Assembly: GCA_008632985.1 (NCBI GenBank)
Contig: QPGO01000022.1
Location: 434,001 to 498,000 of the forward strand
Source: Psammoneis japonica
Lineage: Eukaryota
Length of the DNA stretch: 64,000 bases
Direction: 5' to 3'
The notes beneath the pieces are model-generated. The model did no database searches, was not told the DNA's origin, and worked only from the letters and a program-made list of their open reading frames with translations. Position numbers and translations under genes: made by a program. The number at the start of each line of letters is the position of its first letter. The stretch's first letter is position 1. Of this stretch, positions 47,279-59,390 are shown in pieces.

Positions 47279-49210
47279 CTAGACGTCAACACAGAATTGT
47301 TCCTCTCCAACAGTTGTGCAGGATTCACCTCCTTCATCTTCAGTCTCAATAGTGAGTTTCTTGTCGACACATTCCGTGCTGCAAGCGTCGATTTGGGATG
47401 GCTCTTCAACTTTAAACGTTGCCCCGGGCGAGATCCTTAGGGCTTGATTATCCGGGGGGATGCCGGCGATGAGGTCACGGGTCTCACCATCACACTCCCG
47501 TTCAAACGTAGTAAGGACAACCTCCTCATCGCCGGTGTTCTCGAATGCATAACTGTAGTCAACATCAACTAGACAGTTCGCAAAGTTATCTCCGCTTGGA
47601 TCAGAGCATGATTCAACGGTCGTATGGCCGAACTTGTCCTTGAGGTTAATGGGGATTTCTGTCCCACCCGTAGTAACGAAGGTGAAGTTCTGACTGATTT
47701 CGCCATTTTCATTGTTGTAGACTTCGCACGTGACTTCGTCAGGGAGACATCCTCCGTCCACCCCTCCAATAACAATTACTCCGCCTTCACGAACAGTGCA
47801 GTTGCAAAAGACTCTCACCGTGTCAAAGCAGAAAATCAAAGCTTCTCCACCTTCTGGAATCTGCTCATCGAAGTCTTCACATACGAAGTTGTCACCTTGG
47901 TCATTATCGCTCTCGGTGCAGTCACAGTCTTGGTATGATAGCGAAAGCCGGCTGATGCACTCGCCTCCGCAAGTTTCGTCTGGTGGGACGATTTCGTCAC
48001 ACGGGTCTTCACTGTCCGAGGTTAGGCATGTGATTTCGGGCTGTGTTGTGGCAAAAACATAGATATGAGAGACGAAGCTGAGTAAAACTTATGCAACTGA
48101 AACATAAGGCATGCTGGATGGAGCTGTGTAGCAAATCAAATTTACCTCAATGTCACACCCCGAATGGGGGGGAGAGTGGGTGGCTCGATGCAGAACTCCA
48201 AGTCATCCTCGGCTTCGCAAATGGTGCCATCTTCAGCTACCGCGACAAGAGTGACCTCTTTATCAACACAACCCGCCGTACACGCATCAACTGTGGAAGG
48301 CTCTCGCGCCACGAATGTGTTGCCCGGTTGAATCACGAGGGTTGGATCGTTAGGAGGAAGATCCTCAATGAGATCCTTTGTTTCTCCGTTACAATCGCGC
48401 TCAAACTCGGTAATTGTGGCCGGGACATCACCAGTGTTACTTGCGGTGTACTGGTATTCGACATCAATGAGGCAGTTCTGAGAACTTCCATCCTCGTTCT
48501 CACATGCTTCAATCGTCAAATGTCCGAACTTGTCTTTAAGCGCGAGGGGTGCGCCACCGGAGGCATCGAAGGTGATGGTCTGACTGACCCCACCACTGTC
48601 CGCATCGGAGATAGTACACGTCAAGTCATCTGGAAGACATCCATCAGGGTTTTCAAAAACGACGACCCCGCCTTCACTGACGGTGCAGTTACAGTACACC
48701 CTCTCGGCATCCGCGCAAAAGACAAGAGCCTCCCCACCTTCTGGAATTACCACTTCGGTGTCTTCACAATCAAAGGCACTTCCTTGATTATTATTGCTTT
48801 CAGTGCAATCACAGTTCTGATATGAAAGAGAGAGGCGTTCAATGCAGCTGCCACCAGAGCACAGTCCACCGGTTCCCTCGATTTCATCACAAGGTTCGTT
48901 CCCATCTACGGTTGCGCAGTCGACAGAGACCTGCGTACAGCAACCAACAAAAACAACAAATAGGTTTCGAAAGTTGTCAGACGCTTGATACAATTAGTTG
49001 ACTAGTTTTCATGACAAAAGCACTTACGTCAACGTCGCAGCTGCCTCCTCCTCCTCCGCTCATCGAAGAAGCGTCTTGCATAAATCTTGCCCAGTATGCT
49101 TCATCTTCCTTGGTAAGTTTTCCTTCAGTTGCCCTAAGGTGGGGCGAGGGGTTGCTAGCATCAGCCACAGCCATCACGGCGAAAATAGCCGCGGTTACGA
49201 AGAACTTCAT
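47279..49210 (-). CDS. Secreted acidic Cys-rich protein with two internal ~250-aa repeats
   Basis: Signal peptide MKFFVTAAIFAVMAVADA. Duplicated module CI.RLSLSYQ.CDCTES.N.QG..F.CED...LKDKFGH...DAC...CVDK. Two introns. Confidence 0.75.
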
Positions 49211-49930
49211 CTTGTTTTGCTGTCTCGTGTTGTGTAAAAAGAACGAAAATTTTGTGAGGGAAAATGTGAGGGACTGTACGGGCACGAACCGCTGGCCGAC
49301 TCCTAAAAATCTTTTCCGTTGTGGAGCTTCGCTACTTAAAGAAATACATGTATATAATAACGTATATAAATAAATACCTCCCAACATAGTACCCTTTCAT
49401 ATGGAATTTTAAGAAGATCAAGCGATGTTTGGCGAGAAATCTAACGTGTGCGGGAGTTGGGCTACATTACATAAGTATAATGAATGATGAATTCAATGAG
49501 AACCAAATATATGCACATTTTGGCGACGTAGGAAGAAATAGTATGTTGGATGCTATGTAAATGAACATGTATTCCCTTTTACAACGCATCCAGTATCGGC
49601 TAAGAGAGATGGCAAGTCGCCAAACGCCAAACTGACGATACGAGGTCGAGTTTTTCATTCTTCGTTGGAGGCGAAGGGAATCTCGAGGAAGGACGACAGA
49701 CCATTTCATGTTGCGCGCTCGCTATCTATGAGCTGGTTTAAGTACTCAAATGTACGCTAGAAACCACGTCTCGCGCGTTTGGCGTCTTCGGTCGTCCTGC
49801 AGTCTTTCAGACTTGCGGTGTCTCACAGTTGCCCCCCTTTGTCAAGTGTTGTGCGGATGATTGTTTTGCTTTTGCAATCAATTGATCTTTTTGAAGTGCT
49901 GGGAACTTGATATTTTTCTCTAAATTCACC

Positions 49931-50958
49931 ATGGTCAGTGTTTCGCTGTTGAGAATTGGGCCCACTTTGGAAAATACCAGCGCCACACTCGTACGCGACG
50001 CGCTTGCCAATAGCTTTGAAAGTGAGTCGTCGACAGATGCAATCGTTGTAGCAAACAAATATTTTGACGCTCGCGTCCGTATAGAAGAGTTGGGATCTGG
50101 GATTCAAGGAAAAGAAGACGGGATTATTCTAGTCTTCAACGCTGCTAGTTCCAATCCTTGTTGCTCCTTCGATTCGCTGCACGAGATTCACGAGCAAGCG
50201 CAGCAACGCGATCAATGCGGAGAACTTTTAAGACTCTGCGTTGGTGTCGTTGTTGGGAAATCGGAAGCGCAGGAGCTTCGAGGAGAAAAGCACGAAAAAG
50301 AATTTTCTCGGCGGGTCCTGTGGTGCTTGGATCGAGGATACGAGTATGTGGAGGCGGACTTGTCGTTGGAAGGACAAAAGGCGGGTCACGACGAGAGAGA
50401 AAAAGAAGGATTTGCTCGGATTGTGGAGGCTATTACAAGCACCATGTGGTCATCAGCTGTCATCAAGTCGACTCAGAAAACGGATTTGCTGCGTTCTTAC
50501 AAAGAAGGATCTCAAGCCCATGGGAAGCCACTGGATTCGTTGTCCAAGTCTGAAATGTCGAAGACGAGGTTGCAGCGAAGAGTATTGCCGATGATATTTC
50601 AAAGAATCTAGAAGATCAGAATAGGGTCGAGAAAGCTGAGAATGGGACGAACAATGATCCGAAGCTTTTTGAAACTGGCTACATAGAGCAGGAAGAAGAA
50701 GACGCATTTGGCAATCTAGAAAGAGCGATCGGGGAGGCAAAGAGAATACGGGAGGCATCAAAGAGCGGTACGCTAAGCGATGATGATCGACGAAAACGAG
50801 CAGGCGATGCTGCTATTCTAATGATGGATCTGATGGGTCAACTCAACATTGGCGAAGAGTCGTCGTCCTCGGCCTCAGACGACGGTTCGAAGGGATCGAG
50901 CATAGCTGAAGATGAGAACAATGAAAGTAAAAGCATGGAAACAACAGGAAGGAACTAA
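49931..50958 (+). CDS. AAGAB: Alpha/gamma-adaptin-binding protein p34 (AAGAB)-like
   Basis: NKYFDARV, WCLDRGYEYVE, EGFARIVEAITSTMWS and C-terminal LSDDDRRKRA. Frameshifts at ~50570-50720. Confidence 0.75.
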
Positions 50959-51554
50959 TTCAAACTTTAAAAAAGGGCTATCGTGTATTCTCATGTATCG
51001 AAGCATTTCTTCTACTTATACCATAGTTTCCTACTCTAGAGACTATCGGAATTGCCAATTCAACAGGACAGGAACAGCAGGAACCTTTGCATGCGCAAGA
51101 GCGCGATGCATACAGTACTGTACGCCCAGACGCATGCAACGCATGTGCGACGGTTGAAGCGGCGTGCGACGTCTCGCAATTTCGCAATTCGCACTTTCCA
51201 GACTTTCGCTTCTTTCTTCTTTTGATGGCGTTTCATTATTTCTGTCACTTCGTCAAGACAGAAAAGGACTGAAGCCTGAAGCGCTGGAGGCTGGTTTATC
51301 TTTCACTGCGTACTTTGTAACAGCCTCTCCATACTGCACAGACACAGAGCAGAGAGTTCCACCTTCTCACTTCTTTTATGGTGCTTCATTGTCTCTGTCA
51401 CTAGTCAAGACAGAAAAGACGGAAGCTTGAGGCGCTCTTGGCGGGTATTTCTATTGCAGTACTGCTTGTATGCTGTGACAGTCTCTCTGCAGTACAGAGT
51501 GTCGTGCCGTGTCGCCTCACTGATACAGTAAAGCACTTCATCAGAAAATTGAAA

Positions 51555-52890
51555 ATGTCTAAATCGTCGAAAGAGTGCTCTCAAGATGATGATTATGCAG
51601 AACGGCGTACACGAGATTTCAGAACAGGTAAACGCGCGCTGGAGATCCTGTCCACTTGTGGGGTTCAATCAGGGCGGCAAGCAAAGAAAAGCAGTGGCAA
51701 GAGAGTTTATCCGGACAAACCATCGAAACTACCTCCTACTAGCCCATCCGACCCAGAATCGGCAATGCAACAAGCCCGGCTGATTCATCCGTTCGTCATC
51801 GTCCATCTCCTTGGATGTTCATCAATGCTGATGGCGATGATGACGCAGTTGTCACGGACGAAATCATGGTTCTTTCTTCCAAGTTGCATATGCCTCTTGT
51901 GGCGACTTGTGCTGGAGCCGGAGGACACAATCAAAACAGTGCGATTGACCAACACCAGAATTGTCTTTCAACTGTTCTACCGGTACACGTACGACAGAAC
52001 GACAAATGGAGCTGTGGGTATCGAAACCTGCAAATGATGCTTAGTGCCCTGCTTCCCACCTTAGCGAGCAACATCCATTTTATACCGTCGTCCCCGAATC
52101 CTTGCAGCGCTATCCAGTTTCAAACAATCTACTCCCCATTCCGCTGCCGTCCTTGCGACAGTTGCAAACATTTCTGGAACAGTCTTGGGCCGACGGATTC
52201 GACCCAAGAGGAGCTCTGCATTACAATCGTCGTATTGTCGGAGAGAAATCAGAGATTGGAGCCGTGGAGGTGTCGTGTTGCTTATCCTTTCTCAACGTGG
52301 ACTCGACGGTTGTTCAGTTTATAAGATGCAGAAAGTCACGATCACTACTAGGGGGCTTTGTTTGGGCATACTTCACCAAAAAAATTGGTCGGAAAGGTTG
52401 TTGCTTCTGTCATAAGAACAATGGAAATGTGAATCAATCTGTGAACCGCCCCTCTACAGCGAAATGTGCAGTGGAGCTCTTGTACCTCTCCACGCTTCCT
52501 GACGGAGACAGCACTTCAGATGGATCGTGCTCATGCCCAGTACTTCCTCTATACCTTCAATGGGAAGGTCATTCTGTCACCATTGTCGGAGTCGAGAAAA
52601 TGACAATGACTGAAGGTGCATCCTGCGATGTAAATTTACTTATTTTTGATCCAATGTCGGATGGGGAGAAACTGAAGGTCCAACTTTCGCGTGCAATTTC
52701 CGCCAACAGCTTGGACAGAGCACGTGAGAAGTTTCTTTCGGCGATACGACTCCCAGCGCATAAGCTTCTGGAGAAAGATTGTCAGATACTCATGTGTTCC
52801 TCGCGAGCACTTTCGGTCGCGGAAAAGACGGCTTGTCGAGAAAGCATCAGTGCGGTGACGGCTGCTAAATCGGAGGTTTCGGCCACGTAG
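51555..52890 (+). CDS. ZUP1/Mug105-type peptidase C78
   Basis: DKWSCGYRNLQMMLS, LEQSWADGFDPRG, LYLQWEGHSVTIVG and LIFDP. Frameshifts near 51790 and 52090. Confidence 0.85.
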
Positions 52891-53240
52891 CACCACAGAC
52901 AACACAGGTAGTCTACGGGTACGGTTTACGAAGCAGGCTAGCTTTCAGCTTTTGTACTGTACTTTCCATTAAACTAGCGAATGCCTTGATACCGGTAGTT
53001 GGTCAGGTCTGTAGTATAGTGCACGCCTACCTATCAGATGAGAGTTTGCAGGCCTCTACGAGAGTTCGGATGTGCCCGCCCAACGAAGAGGATCTTTTCG
53101 GATGTTGTCGGATGTTTGAAAAAAAGAAGAGCGCGCCTCCGCGTTTAAATTTTGCGCCCAAAAAGCTCGAGAGTTGAATTGTCCGAGAGGAAATAATGAT
53201 GCGCTGAGGAGATACATAGGTGCCTGAAGAAATGCCTCGA

Positions 53241-53467
53241 CGATGATCCTTCTTCCTCAGTTTAACGGTGTCTTTAGTCATATCCGGAGGATAAAAACTA
53301 GACCGTTCCAGCGATTATTCTTGAGCGGTTCCTCAGAGAGTGCCAGTAGAGATAAAAAAGTAAACCTTCCAGACGAAGCGAACGTTGTTATTGTGGGTGG
53401 TGGCATCATTGGTACTTCGGTTGCTTATCATTTGGGAAAGCTTGGAATACAAGACGTGCTTCTGTTN
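53241..53467 (+). other. Exact duplicate of the first ~225 bp of the next gene, ending at an N (scaffold join)
   Basis: 53241-53466 is identical to ~53750-53975, with an N at 53467. Confidence 0.85.
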
Positions 53468-53751
53468 CTGTTGCGTACCATTGCTGGTATCTCTTTATTA
53501 TTGTTACGAAAAGTATCCCCTATCTTTCTTGTGCTGTGTGTTTGATTTGTGGCGAGAAATATCGGTCACACTCGTGTGGTCTCGTATCGGTATTTTTTGA
53601 CTGACACCGACCGATACTTTGATGTTTATTCATTCATTTCGTCTCTTTACTCACACTTCTTAGATTAAATCATTACTTTATAGCTACAAAAAGATTAATC
53701 TGTCTTGGATATGCCTTTGGTGGGGTCTGTGAAGAGCAAGTATCATTCACG

Positions 53752-56530
53752 ATGATCCTTCTTCCTCAGTTTAACGGTGTCTTTAGTCATATCCGGAGGA
53801 TAAAAACTAGACCGTTCCAGCGATTATTCTTGAGCGGTTCCTCAGAGAGTGCCAGTAGAGATAAAAAAGTAAACCTTCCAGACGAAGCGAACGTTGTTAT
53901 TGTGGGTGGTGGCATCATTGGTACTTCGGTTGCTTATCATTTGGGAAAGCTTGGAATACAAGACGTGCTTCTGTTAGAACGAGATAGATTGACCTGTGGT
54001 ACAACATGGCACGCCGCGGGGCTGATAAGCACTTTTGGTAGTCTGTCGAGCTCGTCTACTGCCATGAGAATCTACACCAAAGAGCTTTACTCGTGGATTT
54101 TGCCGCAAGAGACCGCAATGGACACTGGCTTCATGCCTGTCGGCTTCATCGAATTAGCTTGCGACAATGACCGTCTACATTACTATCGAAGAGTGGCAGC
54201 GTTCAATCGCCACTGTGGAATACAAGTGAACGAAATATCACCTCAAGAAGTTCGAGACAGATTTCCAGCATGCAGAACGGATGATGTTCTTGCCGGATTT
54301 CATGTTCCAACCGATGGAAGAGTCAACCCACATGACGCAACAATGGCATTGGCAAAGGGAGCTAGACAACATGGAGTGCGATTAATTGAGGGAACGACAG
54401 TTGTGGGAGTTTCAACTACCAACGACACTCAAGAATCGCTCATCCCTAGTGTAACAGGCGTTACCACCTCTTGTGGACATCATATAAAGTCAAAAACAGT
54501 TGTGAATTGTGCGGGGATGTGGGCACGGCAGTTTGGGGAGCTCGCTGGAGTCAGTATTCCTAACCAAGCCGCCGAGCATTACTACCTAATTACGGATGAT
54601 ATGCCGGACATCGACCCGTCTTGGCCTGTGATTGAAGATCCATCACGGTGTGTTTATATTCGCCCGGAAGGCGGTGGTCTTATGTTTGGATTATTCGAAT
54701 GGGAAGGTGCATCGTGGAATGTTGAGAAGGTACCAATGGACTTCAGTTTTCAAGAAATTGAACCGGACTGGGAGAGAATGCTGCCCTTTCTTGAGAAAGC
54801 CATGGATCGAGTTCCGTCGGCGTTAAACGTCGGCGCTAAGACTCTCTTTTGTGGCCCTGAGAGTTTTACGCCAGATGGATGCCCTATCATTGGGGAGGCT
54901 CCGGAATTGCGCAACTACTTTGTTGCTGCAGGCTTGAATTCGATCGGGATCCTCACCGGTGGCGGTAGGCATTTAATCTAACGCATTGTGCATGTTTTGT
55001 ATCTACCTTACTCATATCCATCTTTTTATTCTTTCCTTAGGCGTAGGAAAGATTCTGGCGGAGTGGATTTCGGAAAGACACCCCCCGACTGATGTCGATG
55101 TGACTAGCATCCATGTAGATCGGTTTCACAAGTTCCAGAGTAACCCTGAGTATAGGGCGAAAAGGGCCGGAGAAAGTCTTGGCAATACGTACAAAGTACA
55201 TTATCCAGACCACACGAACAGCACATGTAGGGGTGCAAAGAAGTCGGTATTGCATGATGTACTCGCAAAAGAAGCAAATGCGTATTTTCGTGAAGTTAGT
55301 GGTTGGGAGTCTCCTTCGTGGTACGCACCCATGGGAAAAGATCCCGTTGTAGAGGAGGAGAGTTTTGGGAGGGAGAGTTGGTTCCCTTATTGGGAAGCTG
55401 AACACTTTGCGTGTCGAAATGATGTTGCTCTGTTTGACATGTCATTTATGAGCAAGTTCATGGTGGAGGGGAGAGACGCAGGGAAGTTTCTCAATCGGTT
55501 ATCGACAGCAAATGTGGATGACGAATGCGGACGCATCACCTATACTCAGTGGCTCAATGAGCAGGGTTACTTGGAAGCCGACCTAACCGTGACAAAGTTG
55601 TCGGCAGACAAGTTTCTGGTGGTCGCTACCGATACAATGCATAACCATGTATACGCACACATGAGGCGCCGACTGTCCAGTGGCTTACACGCGTTTGTAA
55701 CCGATAAAACCGGAGCATACGCCCAGATAAATCTACAAGGGCCAAGGTCACGGGATCTTCTGCAAACACTTACGTCCCGGAACATGAGTGAATTTCCTTT
55801 TCGTCGCGCAGCAGAAATTGACATTGGTCTTGCTCGACTTTATTGCGTCAGAATTACTTATGTTGGAGAGCTCGGGTATGAGTTGTTTATCCCCGTCGAG
55901 CAAGCTATGCATGTCTATGACCGAATCATGGAAAAGGCTGCGACATTCAATCTTAGACACGCTGGACTAAAATCTCTTGGAAGTTTGCGTTTGGTAAGTC
56001 GGGGTTCGTACCTCGTAATACCTGTGGATGTCTGGTACCGTAACTCAGCCTTTTTCTTCTCTCTTTTTTTTCTTTGATGACAGGAGAAAGGTTACCGGGA
56101 CTATGGCCATGATATTGACAACACAGATACAATTCTGGAGTGCGGACTTGGGTTTACGTGTGATTACGGGAAACAAATTCCGTTCATTGGACAAGACCAA
56201 GTGCTACTGCAGAAGGAAAGAATCGAGCAACAGGGTGGACCTAAGAAGCGAATGGTGCAAGTTTTATTGAAAGATCCCAAGCCGTTGATGTACCATGGAG
56301 AAGTAGTATGGCGCAACGGCGAACGAGTCGGTGACATAAGATCGTCATCATATGGACACACGCTGGGTGGAGCAGTCGGATTAAGCATGTTGGAGAGTCG
56401 AGATGGACCAATCGACAAGGAGTATACGAAGACGGGAGATTGGTCGGTGGAGATCGGAAGTGACCGATACGCTTGTGACGTATCACTCATGCCGTTCTAC
56501 GACCCAAAGAACACTAGGATCAAATTATAA
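53752..56530 (+). CDS. Sarcosine/dimethylglycine dehydrogenase (FAD oxidoreductase + GcvT domains), 2 introns
   Basis: GGGIIG, GTTWHAAG (covalent FAD His), GPESFTPDG, GWESP, RITYVGELGYEL and PFYDPKN. Introns at ~54965-55040 and ~55993-56083. Confidence 0.92.
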
Positions 56531-56561
56531 CATCCATTTGAGCTGAGCTCCTGTAACAACC

Positions 56562-58719
56562 TTAGATATCTACGCCCATAATCTTTGCGACCTGTGGCAT
56601 GTCCTTGTCACCGCGGCCACTCATGTTAATCACAATGTCTTTGTCTTTTCCCAAAGTCTTCGCAAGTTCAATCGCGTAGTAAATGGCATGGCTTGTCTCC
56701 AGCGCAGGAATAATACCTTCATATTCGCACATCATCTTGAAGCCCTCGAGTGCCTGGTCATCGGTGACTGCATTGTAAATAGCGCGCCCACAGTCCTTCA
56801 GGTACGCATGTTCTGGACCGACACCCGGATAGTCCAGCCCGGCTGAGATAGAATGGGTGTCGAGAGTCTGACCGGAAGGTTCTTGAATGACATAGGTGAG
56901 AGCGCCCTGAAGAACTCCGGGGGTCCCCTTCGTGAGCGTAGCACAATGCTCCCGGTCCTTTTCAATTCCGTGTCCAGCAGCTTCTACACCGTGCAACTCG
57001 ACGCCCTCATCTTTCACGAACGGATAAAACGCACCAATGGCGTTCGACCCACCACCAACACAGGCAATGACGGCATCTGGCAATTTGCCGGCCTTCTCGA
57101 GCATCTGAGCCTTCATTTCAGTTCCCATGACACTCTGGAAATCACGAACAATCGTCGGAAAGGGGTGTGGACCAACGGCAGATCCAATCAAATAGTGCGT
57201 ATCGCGGACGTTGGTAACCCAGTCACGCATAGCCTCGTTAATTGCGTCCTTGAGAGTACGTTGACCTTCTTGAACTGGCACAACTTTGGCACCAAGCGTG
57301 TTCATGCGGAACACATTGAGCTTCTGCCTCTCGCAGTCCACCGCACCCATGTACACGGTGCAATCAAGACCAAGCATTGCGCACACGGTAGCAGTGGCAA
57401 CGCCATGCTGTCCGGCTCCCGTCTCTGCAATGATACGAGGCTTTCCGATACGCTTCGCTAGAAGCGCTTGACCAATAGCATTGTTAATCTTGTGAGCACC
57501 GGTGTGCGCCAGGTCCTCACGTTTGAGCCAAATTGTGGCGCCACCGCAGAGCTCAGTGAGACGCGTCGCTTTGTGAAGGGGGGTTGGTCCTCCCACAAAG
57601 TCGCGACGATAACGATCGATTTCCGCAAGAAAGTCAGGGTCGTCCTTGATTTCGTCGTATGCCTTTTCAATTTCTGCAAAAGCAACTGACAAGGTCTCAG
57701 GAATGTACTGTCCTCCAAAGTTTCCAAACCTAGCTCTTTCTCCGTTCGCAGCCGATTCTGTTGCCACCTTCCCCAACGCGGTCGCTTGGTTCTTGGCTCC
57801 TTCGTCCTGTTTGACTCCAGTCACCAGATCGGCGACAATGGTGCGGACAGCACCTGCTCGTTCCTCCGTCGTGTCCCCAGCGGCTGCAAGGGCCTTGAGA
57901 ATGGCACTTCCAACCACAACGCCATCGGCAATGTTAGAGACACCGTGTACCATATCTGAGTTAGAGATGCCGAAACCAACGGCAAGAGGCAAATCAGTCT
58001 TGGTCCGAACGCGGGCGACAAAGTCGTCCAAATCGGGTGGGAGAGCACTTCTCGCCCCAGTAACTCCGGTCACCGATACACAATACAAAAAGGTGGACGC
58101 CATGTCCGCAAGGTATCCGATGCGCTCGTCGCTGCTTGTCGGCGCAACGAGAGGAACATTTGACAAGCCGTGTTTGGCGCAAGACTTAGCCAAGGCTCCT
58201 CCCTCCTCCGGAGGCAGATCAACTACAATGAAACCATCGGCACCGGCGGCCTTTGTGGCTTCGCACAGCTTCTCTACCCCAAACTGGAAGAACGGATTGT
58301 AGTATCCCATGAGCACAACAGGAATTGTAAGTCCCATTGAACGAGCCTTTGATACCATGTCGAGGCATTGAGGAAGCTTTGACGTGCCCCCAGCAATGGC
58401 AACTTGATTCGTGTGCTGAATGGTAGCCCCATCGGCCTGGGGATCAGAGTACGGAATACCCAACTCAATAACGGAGGCACCACCTTCTTGCATGGCCATC
58501 AAGATTGCAGGTGTATCTGGTGATTGCAAGAAAGAAAAAGACCGTCATGATGAGAAGGTGCGCGTTTCAACCATACCAATCCAACACATGACGGTCAACC
58601 GAAAACGCACCTTCAGCCGAGGGGAAACCGGCAGTGACAAATGTCACAAAAGCGGCTTCTCCGCGTTCCTTTGCCGAAGCAAAGGCATCTTCGATTCGTC
58701 CTCCAGGTCCACGCTTCAT
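56562..58719 (-). CDS. Tryptophan synthase alpha-beta fusion
   Basis: TrpA motifs [14 protein letters not shown] and GVTG, then TrpB motifs [37 protein letters not shown] and SGRGDKD. Intron at ~58517-58610. The start may lie further upstream. Confidence 0.95.
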
Positions 58720-59390
58720 GTTGCGAGAGTAAATACTTCTGTCCTCTTCAGAGAATGCGGTATCAATGTTAGCACCACGAAACAACGAAACCACTGAACG
58801 AAACAACTTGGCACTGGTTATCACTCCAAGGAGAGCAAGTTGAAGTCTCCGCAAGCGAACTCAAGAGACGAGTGAAATGAATGAAGTCAGCTCGCTTGTT
58901 CTTTCAAAATGCGTCATTTTTGCCTCCAGCCGGCTGTCGAACAGACCATTCTTTATTTTCTATTTTCTGGGACGGATGGACGGGCGGACGGAAATAGATG
59001 GGCCGTCCATCCGCCCACCCGTCCGCTCCGTCCGTGCATCGACAGTATAATACCGTACAGCGTTTGCCGAACCGAACGCTTACTGCTTGCGCGAGATCGT
59101 GCTGAGTGCGTTGAGTTTGGCAAGAAGGGACCGGACAAATTCTCAGTATGGCCCCTACAAATTCGTCGTAGAATCTACGGGAGGGATTCGGATAAAAAAA
59201 CGAATTTTTCCCGGCCTGCACCAGATTTCGATTTTTCTGCTGTCCTATGTACAGCAGCTTTGGTACTCGCTTACGTATTTTAACGGTTTTCGACTGAAAC
59301 AGAAGCAACAGCAAAACGGACGGGCTCTCGAATGTCGCAAGTCGCAACTACTGTACGGTAACACGGCGAACACGGTACTGGAAGTATTTC

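Noticed and set aside
53241..53975. Partial gene duplication of the sarcosine dehydrogenase 5' end
   Set aside because: The copy is identical and ends exactly at an N. It is most likely a contig overlap or two haplotypes joined.
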